NCBI RefSeq assembly: GCF_964355755.1
Contig: NC_092670.1
Coordinates: 16,416,795 to 16,480,794 of the forward strand
Source: Antedon mediterranea
Lineage: Eukaryota > Animalia > Echinodermata
Direction of reading: 5' to 3'
Length of the DNA: 64,000 bases
Part shown: one piece after another, positions 1-14,600 of the stretch
Position numbering within the stretch: position 1 is the first letter of the stretch
Layout of the letters: the number at the start of each line of letters is the position of its first letter
Translations under genes and position numbers: made by a program
The notes under the pieces: generated by a model
Told to the model about the DNA's origin: nothing
Databases searched by the model: none
What the model saw: only the letters and a program-made list of their open reading frames with translations

Positions 1-621
1 AGACATCTCTAAAGTGTGACTGGTTAGAGACTACTAGTTTACTTACATCAAAGAAAATCTGGTAAAAATCACTATATATCAACTATAAAAAATAATCACC
101 AATTACTATTAGAAAAATCTTTAAGACAATAAAACACTCCAATTACTTGACCTTTGACATGAAGTTATCAATATTCATTATGTTGATTATTTCAATGTAG
201 CATGTTAGGTTGTGTAGAAAATGAACTCATGTCTAATAGCAAGTATACACCACACCATATTGTTCTGGTTGCAGATCAAGTCAAATAAGGATCGTAAACC
301 ATAGGCATAGAGTAATTGTATTATGTGCACTTCAAAGAACCCAAAACTAACAATTTCCTTGGGTATGTTGTGTAGCCTTTCCCAGAAGACTTAGACATTA
401 GACAAACTGTGTAAAAACATTCACAAAACAGCAAAGCCCATATAAACCAAGAGTATTATGGGTAAAAACAATTTTACCTTCTATTACTAATATTTTGATT
501 AAAAAACCAAAAACAAGCAAAAATGACAATAAACTTGAAAAATGAATGTAGAAAATGTTGAGTAAAATGTAGAGAAGCGGCACTTAATTAAGTGAGAGCT
601 TTGGAAGGAATGTGTACTTAC

Positions 622-3600
622 CAAATTGACAGTTAGTACCAGAGTAACCTGCTTCACATAGACACAGATAAGAGCCTACTTGATTCTGACATGTACCTGC
701 AACCTCACAAGGATTACTAGAACACTCGTCAAAATCTGTCAAAAATAACAATGAAAATAAAAACGAATAATAATAACAAAATTGTGTACAGTAAAATTTG
801 ATAAGTATTACTATCAGGTTATCTTACTGGGCTGGTTGCATAGTTATGGTAAATTTTGATAAATTTTACCAAATAGAGTCCAGAGCAATTTATCAAAATC
901 ATTGACACATCAATACACATGCATATTGTTATTTTGCAGGGATGCCACCACGCTGGTCGGTGGTGGACGGGCCCCAAATAAATGAACATTTCATATATTG
1001 TGACGTGAAAAATACACAACCAATAAGAACTCAGGAATATTTGATTTGCGCGAACACATTTGCTAGTGGAAAACAGGCTTTACATAAACATAAAAAGAAA
1101 TAATCAACAAATACATCATTTGCAAAACTGTAATAAACAATGTTAAATCTCCCATATACAAAAATAAATTTATCTTACCAATTTCGCATCGATCTCCACT
1201 TATTCCTGGATAACAGCTGCAGATATACCCATTGGAAGAATCTATGCATACACCATTATTTCCACAGGGATTACTTAAACATTCATTAACATCTGGAAAA
1301 AAAAAATGATTTAACAAATTTATATTAAAAACCAGCCATCGGTAGCTTAAAAAATCCAATGTGGTTTATTCCTAGAAACACTAGGGGTGGTTACAGATGA
1401 AAAAAAATGTTTAGTCTTAGTTGTCAATTCCTTATACAATATTAGGTTATCTTTACCAATATACATGTTGGATATGTTTCTAAACTGAGTTAAAACTAGC
1501 TAAAGATTACTGGTAGCCGACTGGGCTACAAAAACCATACCTGTAGCACAATTTGCATCTGAATATCCTGGAGGACAAAAGCAAATGTATCCAGAATTTG
1601 AAAATGGTTGACATGTACCACCGTTTTGGCAAGGGGCTATGTCACAGTCGCTTTCAACAGCTAAAAACAAAATTTATAAAATGACGTCACTATTACAAAC
1701 AGAAAATGTAAAAAAGTATCTTGGCATGATACAGTACATTTTTTACTATAAAATACTTATGGTATTAATTAAATATGGGGTGAGGAAAAGGGGTGGAGGT
1801 AGTCGGGGTGGGGGAGGGAAGATCATAAACATCTATTTAGACAAATAGTCAATACAATTAAACATTTGATTGTAAATCAAAATGAAGGTAGGATAAAGAA
1901 GTAAACTTACGTTGTTCACATTGTGCACCTATATATTCTGCTGGACAGAAACACACAAAGCTATTTACTTGATCAATACAATTACCCCCATTCAAGCAAG
2001 GTTGACTTTGACATTCATCGCTATCTATTAAAAGATACAAAAAAATGCACATTATCATCACGATTATTTTAACAGGACTATTTTGTTTGAGTTGCATGAC
2101 GAAGAATAGACTAAAAAACATGGTCCTTCAAATCCAGCCATATGTTTTTTATTATGCTTTATTCATCAGCCCAGGGCATAGCACACAATTGCAAAATGTT
2201 TAGAAAAACCTGTTCAATGTACTCTAAACAATTAACCCAAATAATTCATAATAATAATAATAATAATAATAATTCCTCCTAAATTACCAAATACAATACA
2301 AAATATGTGACATAAGTTCAAAACTTCATTTTATAATTTTTAGGCCCTCAGTGCCCTACTTCAAAATCCTGAATTAACCACTGTGTGTATAAAATATACT
2401 TTACCAATGATTGGTGCAGGCGTCTTGATAAAGTCTTGACTATGAACATGAATAATAATGTTTTAGACTTACCTATTTCACACAAATCACCCTCATAGCC
2501 GACAGTACAAGTACAGATGAAGGTTTCAGGTGAGGTTGCAATACAAGTTCCACCATATAAACAAGGATTCTCACGACAAATTACTAAAAACAAAATGAAT
2601 CGGGAGTAATGAATTATCATTATCAAGAATCAAAAGGCAAATTACTAAAAAATTAGCTGTAGAGTTGTGTTGCATGCGACTAAAAATTATGCTGTGGGTA
2701 TCAGTGGCTGTATTTCTATATAAATCGAACGATTGATTGATTGATTGAGACACAAATAAAATGAGCAAAACGCTAAATAAAAACGATAAAATAAAACAGC
2801 CAGAACAAATTTTCAGAGTTTTCGGGCAACATTAACACTTCCTCAGTGCAATAATTATAAAGCTCTGTCTACACTTTCAAACTAGTTTGACAAAAAAGTG
2901 TGATGTCGCCAAATATGGTAGTGATATTCCCAAATATGGTAATGATATGACATCATCATGTCTATATATGGGTACATCATATTTTTTTGTCACATAAAGT
3001 GTGATAGTGTAGATAGAGCTTTATATAAGAAATATATCAGCAGAATAAAATATACAAATCAACATATTCTCTATTTGTCCTTTAAAACTAATATGATAAT
3101 ATTGTACTTACTAGGTTCTTCGCAGTTGTTTCCCTGGAATGCTTTAGTACAACTACAATAATACTGGTTTACACTATTTAAACATGTGCCACCGTTCATA
3201 CATGGTTGACTTTCACACTCATCAATATCTGCCGTGTAAAAAATTATACAAAATATGATAGTAAGTCGCAATTACTTCTGTTTCTTTTGATAAAAGGTAA
3301 TTCAACGCTTGATGGTTCAGAGGTATGGACCATAGTCAACTCCCCTAATACCAGACACCCTTGATCTGGCCTAATATGTCTGGTTTTCACTTTGAAAAAA
3401 AATGGGGACCTTTTGGATCTCAAGAAAAGTCTCGTTTTTGGTAGAGTTTCCTGTTTTCAGATATTCCAGTATTGGGCAGGTATAATTGGTTTGAAATCAT
3501 ACACACAGAAGATTGAGTACATTGAATTTGCAATTTACAATCAGGTTATTCACTACCTACCCTACTGGAATTTACAATCAGGTTATTCACTACCTACCCT

Positions 3601-5683
3601 ACTGGAATTTACAATCAGGTTATTCACTACCTACCCTACTGGGATTTACAATCAGGTTATTCACTACCTACCCTACTGGAATTTACAATCAGGTTATTCA
3701 CTACCTACCCTACTGGAATTTACAATCAGGTTATTCACTACCTACCCTACTGGAATTTACAATCAGGTTATTCACTACCTACCCTACTGGAATTTACAAT
3801 CAGGTTATTCACTACCTACCCTACTGGAATTTACAATCAGGTTATTCACTACCTACCCTACTGGAATTTACAATCAGGTTATTCACTACCTACCCTACTG
3901 GAATTTACAATCAGGTTATTCACTACCTACCCTACTGGAATTTACAATCAGGTTATTCACTACCTACCCTACTGGAATTTACAATCAGGTTATTCACTAC
4001 CTACCCTACTGGAATTTACAATCAGGTTATTCACTACCTACCCTACTGGAATTTACAATCAGGTTATTCACTACCTACCCTACTGGAATTTACAATCAGG
4101 TTATTCACTACCTACCCTACTGGAATTTACAATCAGGTTATTCACTACCTACCCTACTGGAATTTACAATCAGGTTATTCACTACCTACCCTACTGGAAT
4201 TTACAATCAGGTTATTCACTACCTACCCTACTGGAATTTACAATCAGGTTATTCACTACCTACCCTACTGGAATTTACAATCAGGTTATTCACTACCTAC
4301 CCTACTGGAATTTACAATCAGGTTATTCACTACCTACCCTACTGGAATTTACAATCAGGTTATTCACTACCTACCCTACTGGAATTTACAATCAGGTTAT
4401 TCACTACCTACCCTACTGGAATTTACAATCAGGTTATTCACTACCTACCCTACTGGAATTTACAATCAGGTTATTCACTACCTACCCTACTGGAATTTAC
4501 AATCAGGTTATTCACTACCTACCCTACTGGAATTTACAATCAGGTTATTCACTACCTACCCTACTGGAATTTACAATCAGGTTATTCACTACCTACCCTA
4601 CTGGAATTTACAATCAGGTTATTCACTACCTACCCTACTGGAATTTACAATCAGGTTATTCACTACCTACCCTACTGGAATTTACAATCAGGTTATTCAC
4701 TACCTACCCTACTGGAATTTACAATCAGGTTATTCACTACCTACCCTACTGGAATTTCTAGCCTAGCATGTGTAAGAGGGTCTAAACCAACATGTGCTCA
4801 CCTTGTTCACAGAAAGTTCCCATATATCCCGGTGCACAATCACAAAAGCTGATGCCATCTGAACCTACTACACACATTCCTCCATTATGACACATTGTTG
4901 GTGTACAACCTCCATCGGTAGCTGGTTTTGGAAAAAAAACATGCTGACGTAAGTATTACGAATAATATTCTTCATCAAACCGTTAGATGACTAATTACAA
5001 AATTAATTATGCTTTCTAAACAAAGTTCACTTTTCAAAACTACTATCATCAATCATTATCAATAACATTATAAAGCTCTGTCTACATTATCAAGTTAGTT
5101 TAACAAAAAAAGTGTGATGTGCCCAAATATGGTAGTGATATGACATCACCGTGTCTATTTATGGGCACAACACATTTTGTTGTCACATAAAGTTTATAGT
5201 GTAGACAGAACTTAGCATTTGCATTCAGAATATACATACAAGAACAGAACTGTCCAGTAAAGCCAGGCAGACAGGAACAAACTGTATTGCCTTGTGAGTC
5301 CAGGCTACATGATCCAAGATTCTGACATGGGTTGGGATTACATGCACCTGGAATAACAAAAACACATTACAAGAATAATGGAAGAGACATAAATATTAAA
5401 CATTTAGTTCTACCCATCGCAACAAGCATATGGCTGACTCACCTTATAGGAGGGGATGAAATCTAACTTGATACTTTGGTATTGTGGCATAAACAAGGAT
5501 AGAACCATATATCATTATATATATAAAATGTTGTCTTAAAGTTGGAAATTGTCAATATATACATACTTTGAGTTTCACAGTTTGTTCCAATATAATTGGT
5601 AGGACAATCACAAGTATAACTTTCGACGACATCATTACATGTTCCTCCATTCAGACATGGGTTACTATCACATGGGCTAGTAG
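622..5683 (-). CDS. Gene A: nine canonical EGF exons, several of calcium-binding type
   Basis: Exons near 5567, 5240, 4802, 3112, 2473, 1911, 1541, 1179 and 622. DIDECES/DVNECLS/DFDECSS starts and CxD/Nxx[DN]x[FY]xC motifs are present, with the normal Gly in most CxCxxG[FY]. Confidence 0.88.
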
Positions 5684-8600
5684 CTATAGTAAAAGAAAAT
5701 ATACATATTAATATAAAATCATGTCTTTACCATAGAGTTAGTATATTACAACTAGAGTCATGCAGCAACACAGGCATGGTGCTGGGTAATGGCATAGTAG
5801 ATGCGATTGTATTCAACTCTCTATATATAATAACTCTATGCTTATTTACAGCTACAGAAAATTCCTTTTCTTGCGAAAGGTCCATACTTTTTCGCTAAAT
5901 AAATGTGAACTTGAATCGAAGTACAGCAAATAAATAAAAGGAAAAATTATATTTGTTCAGAATTGGGACAGAATTTGCTTCAATTTTGTCAAGAATACTC
6001 TCTTCTCTTTCAGTACTTTCAAATCAAATAAAAAATACTTTTCAGTTTGTGTAATTTCTTTACAGTTTACCAATGTTGTTTATATTTATATCAAGGTTTT
6101 GTAATAAAATCTTTATTACAGTATTATTAAATATTAGTCCTACTTACTTTGTATTTCATCATCCTGGAGAGTAATACTAAATCCTCTTGCAGTTATAGCA
6201 TCATTTGAAATAAAACTAATAAACACTTTATTATCTGTAGAAATAAAGTTTTGCGGTTTATCTGGTCCCGAGTGTCTGACAACAAGCATTGATGTGTCGG
6301 CTGGGTTGTCGCCATTACCAACTTCCAACCAATCATTCATAAGCTCAGTTGAAAAATCGTTGAATATGACACGTATTCTACGACCTTCGGCAATTGTGAT
6401 AGTCCACAAACAGTTATCTCCGTTGTTGTAATTTTCAGGGTAGTTATTTGAAGTCAGTACTAAGTTGTCATTAGTTGGTATTGTGTAGTCATTTACACAC
6501 TGGCTTTCTCCTAATATAGGAACATAAAAAGATAATATATAATTTATGATATTTCAAAGTGAGTGACTACTGTCGAAAAGAGCCATGAAACTATGCCAAT
6601 GTTATGGCTGTATGTTGCCCCTGCCTTTAGCAACTTAACTCAACTTTAAGGAATTTGTCACTGTCAGTTTCATTACGAAAAAATTGGATCATTTATGTTA
6701 CTCAAAAGTAATTAGTAACATATACAATAAAAAATATTTAAAATAAAACAATTGGAAAGAAAAATACAAGAGCTTTAGGTAAAAACATGAAACTATGATT
6801 ACAAACATGAATTAACTTACGAATTTCACAGAAAGTTCCAGACCACTGCCCTTTACAAAGACATATGAATCCATCCACAAATGGAAAGCAATCACCACCA
6901 TTAAGACAAGTATCATTTTGACATTTCGACTCAACTGAAATTTAAAATTGTTACATTTATTCACATTATTTTGTGTGTTTTGGTTTCATTTTTAATTTAT
7001 TTGTTCTGGACATGGTTATGTTCTGAAAATGATAAAGTAAAAAATGTATTTGTTCTGGATTGTACTAACTGGTTACTAGACATAAACATTACAGTATTTA
7101 ATTTTGTTTATTTCTATAATTAATTTAATTGTGTACTTACACGTGTCACAGTTAAAGCCAGTATATCCAGGTTGACAATGTTTATTTCTATAATTAATTT
7201 AATTGTGTACTTACACGTGTCACAGTTAAAGCCAGTATATCCAGGTTGACAATGTTTATTTCTATAATTAATTTAATTGTGTACTTACACGTGTCACAGT
7301 TAAAGCCAGTATATCCAGGTTGACAATGTTTATTTCTATAATTAATTTAATTGTGTACTTACACGTGTCACAGTTAAAGCCAGTATATCCAGGTTGACAA
7401 TCACACATGTAACTATTGGCTCCTTGGCTAAAACACACACCATTCACACAAGGATTACTTAAACAAGCATTTTTATCTAAAAACAGAAAACAGATATTTT
7501 TAGACTAAACTCAGTAGTTTAATACAATTACAACCCTGTTGGTGCAGTACCCGCTGCTTACTTGGGTTCGAATCTAACCACTAGCCATCAGCGCAAGCTC
7601 GGTGGTCTAGAGGTATGAACGATAGGCTAGGGATCGCGGGTTCGAATCCCACCCAAGAATTACTCAAATGTACTTAGTATGAAATACAAATTACGTCAGA
7701 GTAGGGCATCTGACCAATTACTCCCTGACGCAAAAGCTACTCCATAGTAGTTTAATACAATTACAACCCTAGACTAAACTCTAGGGAAATGAAGTATAAA
7801 ATGATAAAATAAGTAAACATGTTTAAATAAAGATAATAGAAAGTTCTAAAAGTTCTTTTTGTTACATACCAAATTCACAGTTTGTTCCGTCATAGTCATC
7901 TGTACAAACACATGTATAAGAAGTACAAGCATCCTCACATGTACCTCCATTCTGACAAGGTGCGCTAACACAAGCAGAAACATCTAAACAAAATAATATA
8001 ATTACACTTGAATTTAAACTAGTATATGGCACAATGAAGTAAAACATACTGTGAACAACCAATTACCAAAATAAACTGTTACAGCTATGGTGTAAATTTG
8101 AATTATAAGGAAAAAAACAAAGTGTACAAAATGGGATAGATGGGTAGATAACACAGTAAAATAAAAGCTTCCAAATATTGTAATAGGAATAGCAACGTTT
8201 TGGAGTAAATTTTAAACTATGTGATTTAAAAAAAATCAGTGCATCTATTGTTAACTGTAGCTATACACACAGAAATAGATTAGGCCACAACAATTATTGA
8301 ACGGTCTCCATAATCATACCATTTTGACAGAATTGACCAGAATGACAAGAGTCACAAGCACAGATGAAGTTTTCAGGTGTTGGTACACATGTGCCACCGC
8401 TCACACACGGGTTATTGTCACATATATCTAACAAAGAAAAAAAAAGAAATAAACAAATGATAAATCTAACATTAAGGTCTATCATTAAACAAAATGCACA
8501 GTTAGTTAGGCTCTTCCATGTACAGTGATCTTGATATTTGTTAACATGTAAAAGGTAAAGGTGAGTCCCGTGTTCTCTGAACGTAGGGGAATGAGCTGTT

Positions 8601-11600
8601 AGGAGCACATTGTACTAAGCCTCGGCATTATGTGGTAGGGTGGCCAGTTCCTTTCCACGCCGTCTTTTTTCTCCCTAGTATTTTCAACCAGGTACTCATT
8701 TTACAGCTGAGTGGACCGGGAGTTGTCGGGCATTGAACCCGGGTCTATCTGTACGACAGTCAAGTGTCCTAACCACTCGACTGTGTTAACATGTACCTAA
8801 AAAGGTGAGTTGAATAGTATGAAAATCGTCATCTTTCAACTCAAATGTCACCAAGACACATTTTTACATATTTTAACAAAAAGACCAATGAAATGTATTC
8901 ATTATCTAATCTGCTAAATTAAACAATGTCATTTTATACTACTTACAATTTTGACAATTGTCTCCGGAATAACCGACAGCACATTCACAGGAGTAAAAAG
9001 AACACGAGTTTGTACACGTCCCTCCATTAATACATGGATTCCCATTGCAAGCATTGATTTCTAAAAGAAATGATGAACAGAATTAGTATTGCTTGTGAGA
9101 GTCTAAAGCTCTGTCTACACTACCACACTTTGTGACAGAAAAATGTGATGTGCCCATATATGGAAATGATGATGTCATATCACTACTACCATATTTGGAC
9201 ACAACACTTTTTTTGTCAAACTAGTTTGATAGTGTAGACAGAGCTTAATAACAAACGATTACAAACAAAAATTTATCAGTTTGTAGAAATTGCAGCCTGA
9301 CTATAAAGTAAAGCTGAATGAAGTAAAACCAGTTTATTATAACTATTATTTACAATATTTTTTATTTTTAGTAGTGTCTGGCTAAAAAATTTTTAAATGC
9401 TTACGTTCAGTGCAGAGTTGACCAGTCCAACATTCTTGGCATTGACATACAAAATCCTCTGTATCTGGGCAACCATTATTACAAACACCTCCATTTTGAC
9501 ATGGTGATGAAGCACAGTTGTCTACAACTAAACAAATAACATACAATCGTTAATAATAATCAATATTATAATGTCAAAATATACCTTTAATGTTAGTTTT
9601 TATGTATCTAATGACTTACGTATGTTACAGGTGCTGCCAGCCCAACATTCAGAACACTGACAGGTAAATTCACCACATGAGTTTCCTTGGACACAGTTAC
9701 CTCCATTCATACAGGGAAAGGCCGCACATGCATTTATATCTATAAATTAAATAATTTAATTTAAGTTAGCATTACGGCGTTCACTGGTTACTCAGATTGA
9801 TTACATTGAGGAGGTACACTTATGTTTTGTTAAGAGGGGAATTACTGCAGCAACCAAAGAGAAATTACTGCAGTAACTAAAGAGGAATTACTGCAGTAAT
9901 AAGTAGTAGTAAGATGAATAAATACTTCATTAAGTCAAAAAAAAGTTACCTGTTTCACAGTTGGGACCAGATTTGCATACAGGACATGTACAGGTGTAAC
10001 TACAGGTGTCTGTTGATGCATCTAGCTGGCACACACCTCCATTCAAACATGGGTTGTTAGGTTCACACAATGTTGCTTCTGAATTGAATAAAAACAAACA
10101 AACGATTAATGATGTTCTACCACTATACTGGTTTGTGACAGTGTGCCACCTATGTTGTTAGTGCAATTACCTGTTTGGCATTGATTGCCACTGTAGCATG
10201 TTTGACAGGTACAGGTGTACCCTTGACATAATCCATCAGGCACACATTCACCCCCATTAAAACATGGGTTGCTCTGGCATGGGTTCACATCTGAAATTTT
10301 TATTTAAAAAAAAAATTATATATATTTTTATTCAGCAATTATTTACCAAATATCATCTCTCTTAAGCTCTGTATACACTATCCTACTTTATGAGATAAAA
10401 ACAAGTTATGTGCCCATATATGGACATGATATCACTTCTATATTTTGGCCACTGTCTGTCTGTGTAAACAGAGCTTTATATTACAAGGTGTGTATTAATT
10501 AGTGGTGAATCTTACTTGTTTGGCAGTTGGTTCCACCATAACATAGCGAGCACTGACATGAATAGGCTTGACAATTAAATGCATCTACGTCACATACCCC
10601 ACCATTTTGACAAGGGCTGGTGGAACAACCATTCACACCTTGAGAAAAAAAAAAGAAATACAGTTTAAACTTCAATATACTAATAATAACAAATCCGAAG
10701 TTTTTCACTTAACTAAACCAAGGACACTAAAGCTCTGTCTATACTATCAAACTAGTTTGACAAAAAAAGTGTGATGTTCCCAAATATGGTAGTGATATGA
10801 CATCATTATATCCATATATGAGCACATCATATTATTTTGTCATATAAAGTTTGATGGTGTAGACAGAGCTTTAAAGGAGTTTACAATCACTATGGTAACA
10901 AAAGATTGACTGAATATCATAGCAACCCATGGACAGTTGTAAATACTAATAAAAAATGAGAACATTTTTACAAAACTTACTGATTTCACAGAAAATTCCT
11001 GTATAGCATTGTGCACATTGACATCCAAAGTAACCGCAATCATTAACCGCTGGGTAGCATTGACCTCCGTTTTGACACGGGTTACTCATGCATGAATTGG
11101 TATCTAATAAACAAAAACAACCGTACTTAGAGACTATGTAAAGTGATACATTAAACTTTACATGACACCCTTTGGAAAGTTCAAAATGTCTGTTTTATTG
11201 TTGTCTTATTTTATTCAAATATTCAATAGTGTTGGTTATGTCTGATTATATGAGATGTTTTACAAACCGATTTCACATCGATCACCAGTATAGCAACCAC
11301 TACATTGACATGTGTAGTCTCCACATCCAACTCCACTCTCAGAGCAAACACCTCCATTGAGGCATGGGTTCGGACTGCAGCCTTGTGTAGCTGCAATATA
11401 ATATTCAACATAATTATAATGTGAATAAAACAATGGAGAAACTGTCACCACTTGACAATGGCAGAGGGCAGATTGTGTGGCAGTGAATGTGGATCTTCTT
11501 TACAAGATGGCCGCATTGGAGTTGAAGATCTAGTCTTCGGCTTTAAGATCTTTGAATATATTACATCTTTCAGATGTGCTAAATTATTTCGATATCCAGG

Positions 11601-14600
11601 TCTAAGGGAGATGGTTGCATTTGACCAGTCCTGTAGTATCATTACAAATACCTCAATGGTCATTCCCTCTTCTGTTACAGTAAACTAAAGCCTAATACTT
11701 CATAAACATATACTTTACCCATTTCACATCTGTCACCAGAGAAGCAACCAGTACATGTGCAGGTAAAGACTGAGCAGCTAACCCCAGATGTTGAGCACAC
11801 TCCTTGATTTAAGCATGGGTTTGATGCACAGGGATTAGACACTAACAACATAAACAAAATAATAATTTTAGTAAAAATGACTACTAATCATTTAAATCTG
11901 TACATGAACAATTTATTTTATAGAAAGTAAAAATATATTTGCTATTAAACTAACTTTTGGATTTCTCAAAAATGACATGTTTCTATATATCCTCATGTAT
12001 CAATGCGATAGGGAAGATTTACTTGGATGCAATGCAAGGATGTAAGTCCTCCGCAAGTGCTTTGACTAATCGGACGATGGGTTATTCAATACTGTCTTGT
12101 GATTGGTCAACTCTTTTGCATTGCACCTACATTGTTGCTTAAGCAGAAGAAGTGCTGCAGTCCCCATCTTAAATATTGTTTGAGTAGAAAAAAATAAGTA
12201 GAAGTGAAGAGAATTTATAAACAAAACAACTTACATGTTTCGCAGAAGTCACCAGTGTAACAATCAGAACACTGGCAGCTGTAACTACTACATGTATTCA
12301 CAGAAGATATACAGGTTGCCCCATTCAAGCAGCCGTTGTTATCACAAGGATCCAAAACTATTAAAAGATAACATCATGTCAGTGTGAAAAGGAATTATTG
12401 TTATTATAAGGATCCAAAACTATTAAAAGATAACATCATGTCAGTGTGAAAAGGAATTATTGTTATTATAAGGATTCAAAACTATTAAAAGATAACATCA
12501 TGTCAGTGGGAAAAGGAATTATTGTTATTATAAGGATCCCAAAACTATTAAAAGATAACATAAAATCTGTGTGAAAAGGATTGCAATTACAAGGATCCAA
12601 AACTACTAAAAGATAACATCTTGACAGTGTGAAAAGGAATTATGGTAGCTATTAAATGATTAAAACAGAAGCCACACTTTCACTCAAGATACATCTATTT
12701 ATCTTAGTGAGCCTCAATCAATACTTGTTTTTATTAACCTATTTTGCTTAATTTGCAACTGCATAAGATGTAGACACATACAAAGCGGACAGAAAATGAT
12801 AGTCTTTTGACACGTATAATGCCACTACTACACTGCCCAATTGTTCATTTTTCTAATTTTATATTCAACTTACATGTTTCACAACTGGGACCTGTAAAAC
12901 ATTCTGAACATCCGCAAGTATAGCCAGAACATTGTCCAACAACAACACACTGACCTCCATTTAAACAAGGGTTACTGGCACAAGGCTGTATACCTAGGAA
13001 TTAATATAAATTAAATATCAATATTTGCCTTTTAAATCAAAGCACAATAAAAAACGAAACAAAAAATGTGAATTATGATGTAATGATGATGGTAATACTG
13101 ATGATATGATGGTGGTAATGATGATGATGACTGTAATACTGATGATATGATGGTTGTAGTGATGACAGTAATGAAGATAATGATGATGGTAATACTGATA
13201 TGATGATGGTAATACTGATGATGTGATGGTAGTAATGATGACAGAATGATGATGATGCTGGTAATACTGATAATATGATGGTTGTAATGATGACAAAAAT
13301 GATAATGATGATGGTAATACTGATGATATGATGGTGGTAATGATGACAGTAATGATGATGACAATGATGATATTTATCATTTTGATGAAAATATAATAGC
13401 AAAACACCATCAAAATAGAAGTTAGAAGTCAAAATTAGAAGAAAAACTCACTTATTTCACATGAATCTCCTTCCCAACAAGAAGCACAAGAACAGACATG
13501 GGTGTCACACCCACCTTGGAAACATACACCACCATTCTGACATGGGTTATTTAAGCATGATCTTTGCTCTAAGCATTAAGTAAAGAAAAAGAATACCAAA
13601 AACATAAAAAAATTATCTCCCATAGAAACAGTAAAAAACAGAGAATATCCCATAAACAAGATAAAATTAACAGAACAGGAATTAAGTCAGTGAAAATGTA
13701 ATTTAAAATAAATTTTACAAATAATGATTGCTGATAAATTAAATAAATCTCTTTCCACACCATCAAACTAGTTTGAAAAAAAAGTGTGATGTTCCCAAAT
13801 ATGGTAGTAATATGACATCATCATCACATAACGTTTGATAATGTAGACAGAGCTTAAAACAAATGTTTGTGGGAACACAACAAACTCCTAATGGATAATA
13901 GTGAGCCTTAAAATGGTAGTCTTCATCATCAGGAAAATAAAGAAAACAGGACAGGACATGCATTTTACAGGTGAGGAATGGTTCTGGTAAAAACTAATTT
14001 TTATTGGTCAATCACTAGGTGTTTAGCAATGACCAACTATTAACATTTAGTTTTGTCGAGGGAAATTTGAAACTTCAATCTACATTTATCAGATTGCTTT
14101 GATTCCATTTCAGACTTTAATCGGGGTATTAAAAATTGATAAAAGAAAACTTACCAGTTTCACAAAAGGTACCTGTATAGCAACCAGTACAATTACATGT
14201 ATACGAATCACATGATCCAGGCACTGGGGTACACGCCGCACCATTTGCACAGTTATTATTAAAACATGGGTCAGCCTCTGTCAAAATAAAAATAATTGTT
14301 TAAAACATACCATCAAGATCTTCTACGTTGATAAAGATCTGGAGTTACATAAGTTGTCTCCAAACTTATTTTGGCCTCCTTATGTACACTTTTTTTTACT
14401 AGTGTAATTTTGTTCTTTCTTTGTAAATGTGTGCGTGCAGAGAAACAATAAAAACAAACATAACAAAGTTCCTGTTTTGGCGCCACATACCTTGTTCACA
14501 GAATTGTCCAGTGTAGCAGGAAGGACATGTGCAGGAGACATCTAAGCAAGAGTTACCATTAGACTGACAGGTACCTCCATTTTGGCATGGATTACTGTCG

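Noticed and set aside
3392-4852. 486-aa and 417-aa plus-strand ORFs, and possible CRISPR array
   Set aside because: These are translations of a stop-free 37-bp tandem repeat. There are no unique spacers and no cas genes, and the context is a eukaryotic intron.
7597-7655. Functional tRNA gene
   Set aside because: A and B boxes are present but no convincing anticodon arm or acceptor stem; better explained as a SINE head.
13018-13432. His/Ile/Ser-rich ORFs (also 16374-16800 and 32992-33222)
   Set aside because: Artefacts of (GAT/CAT)n low-complexity intron sequence open in several frames.
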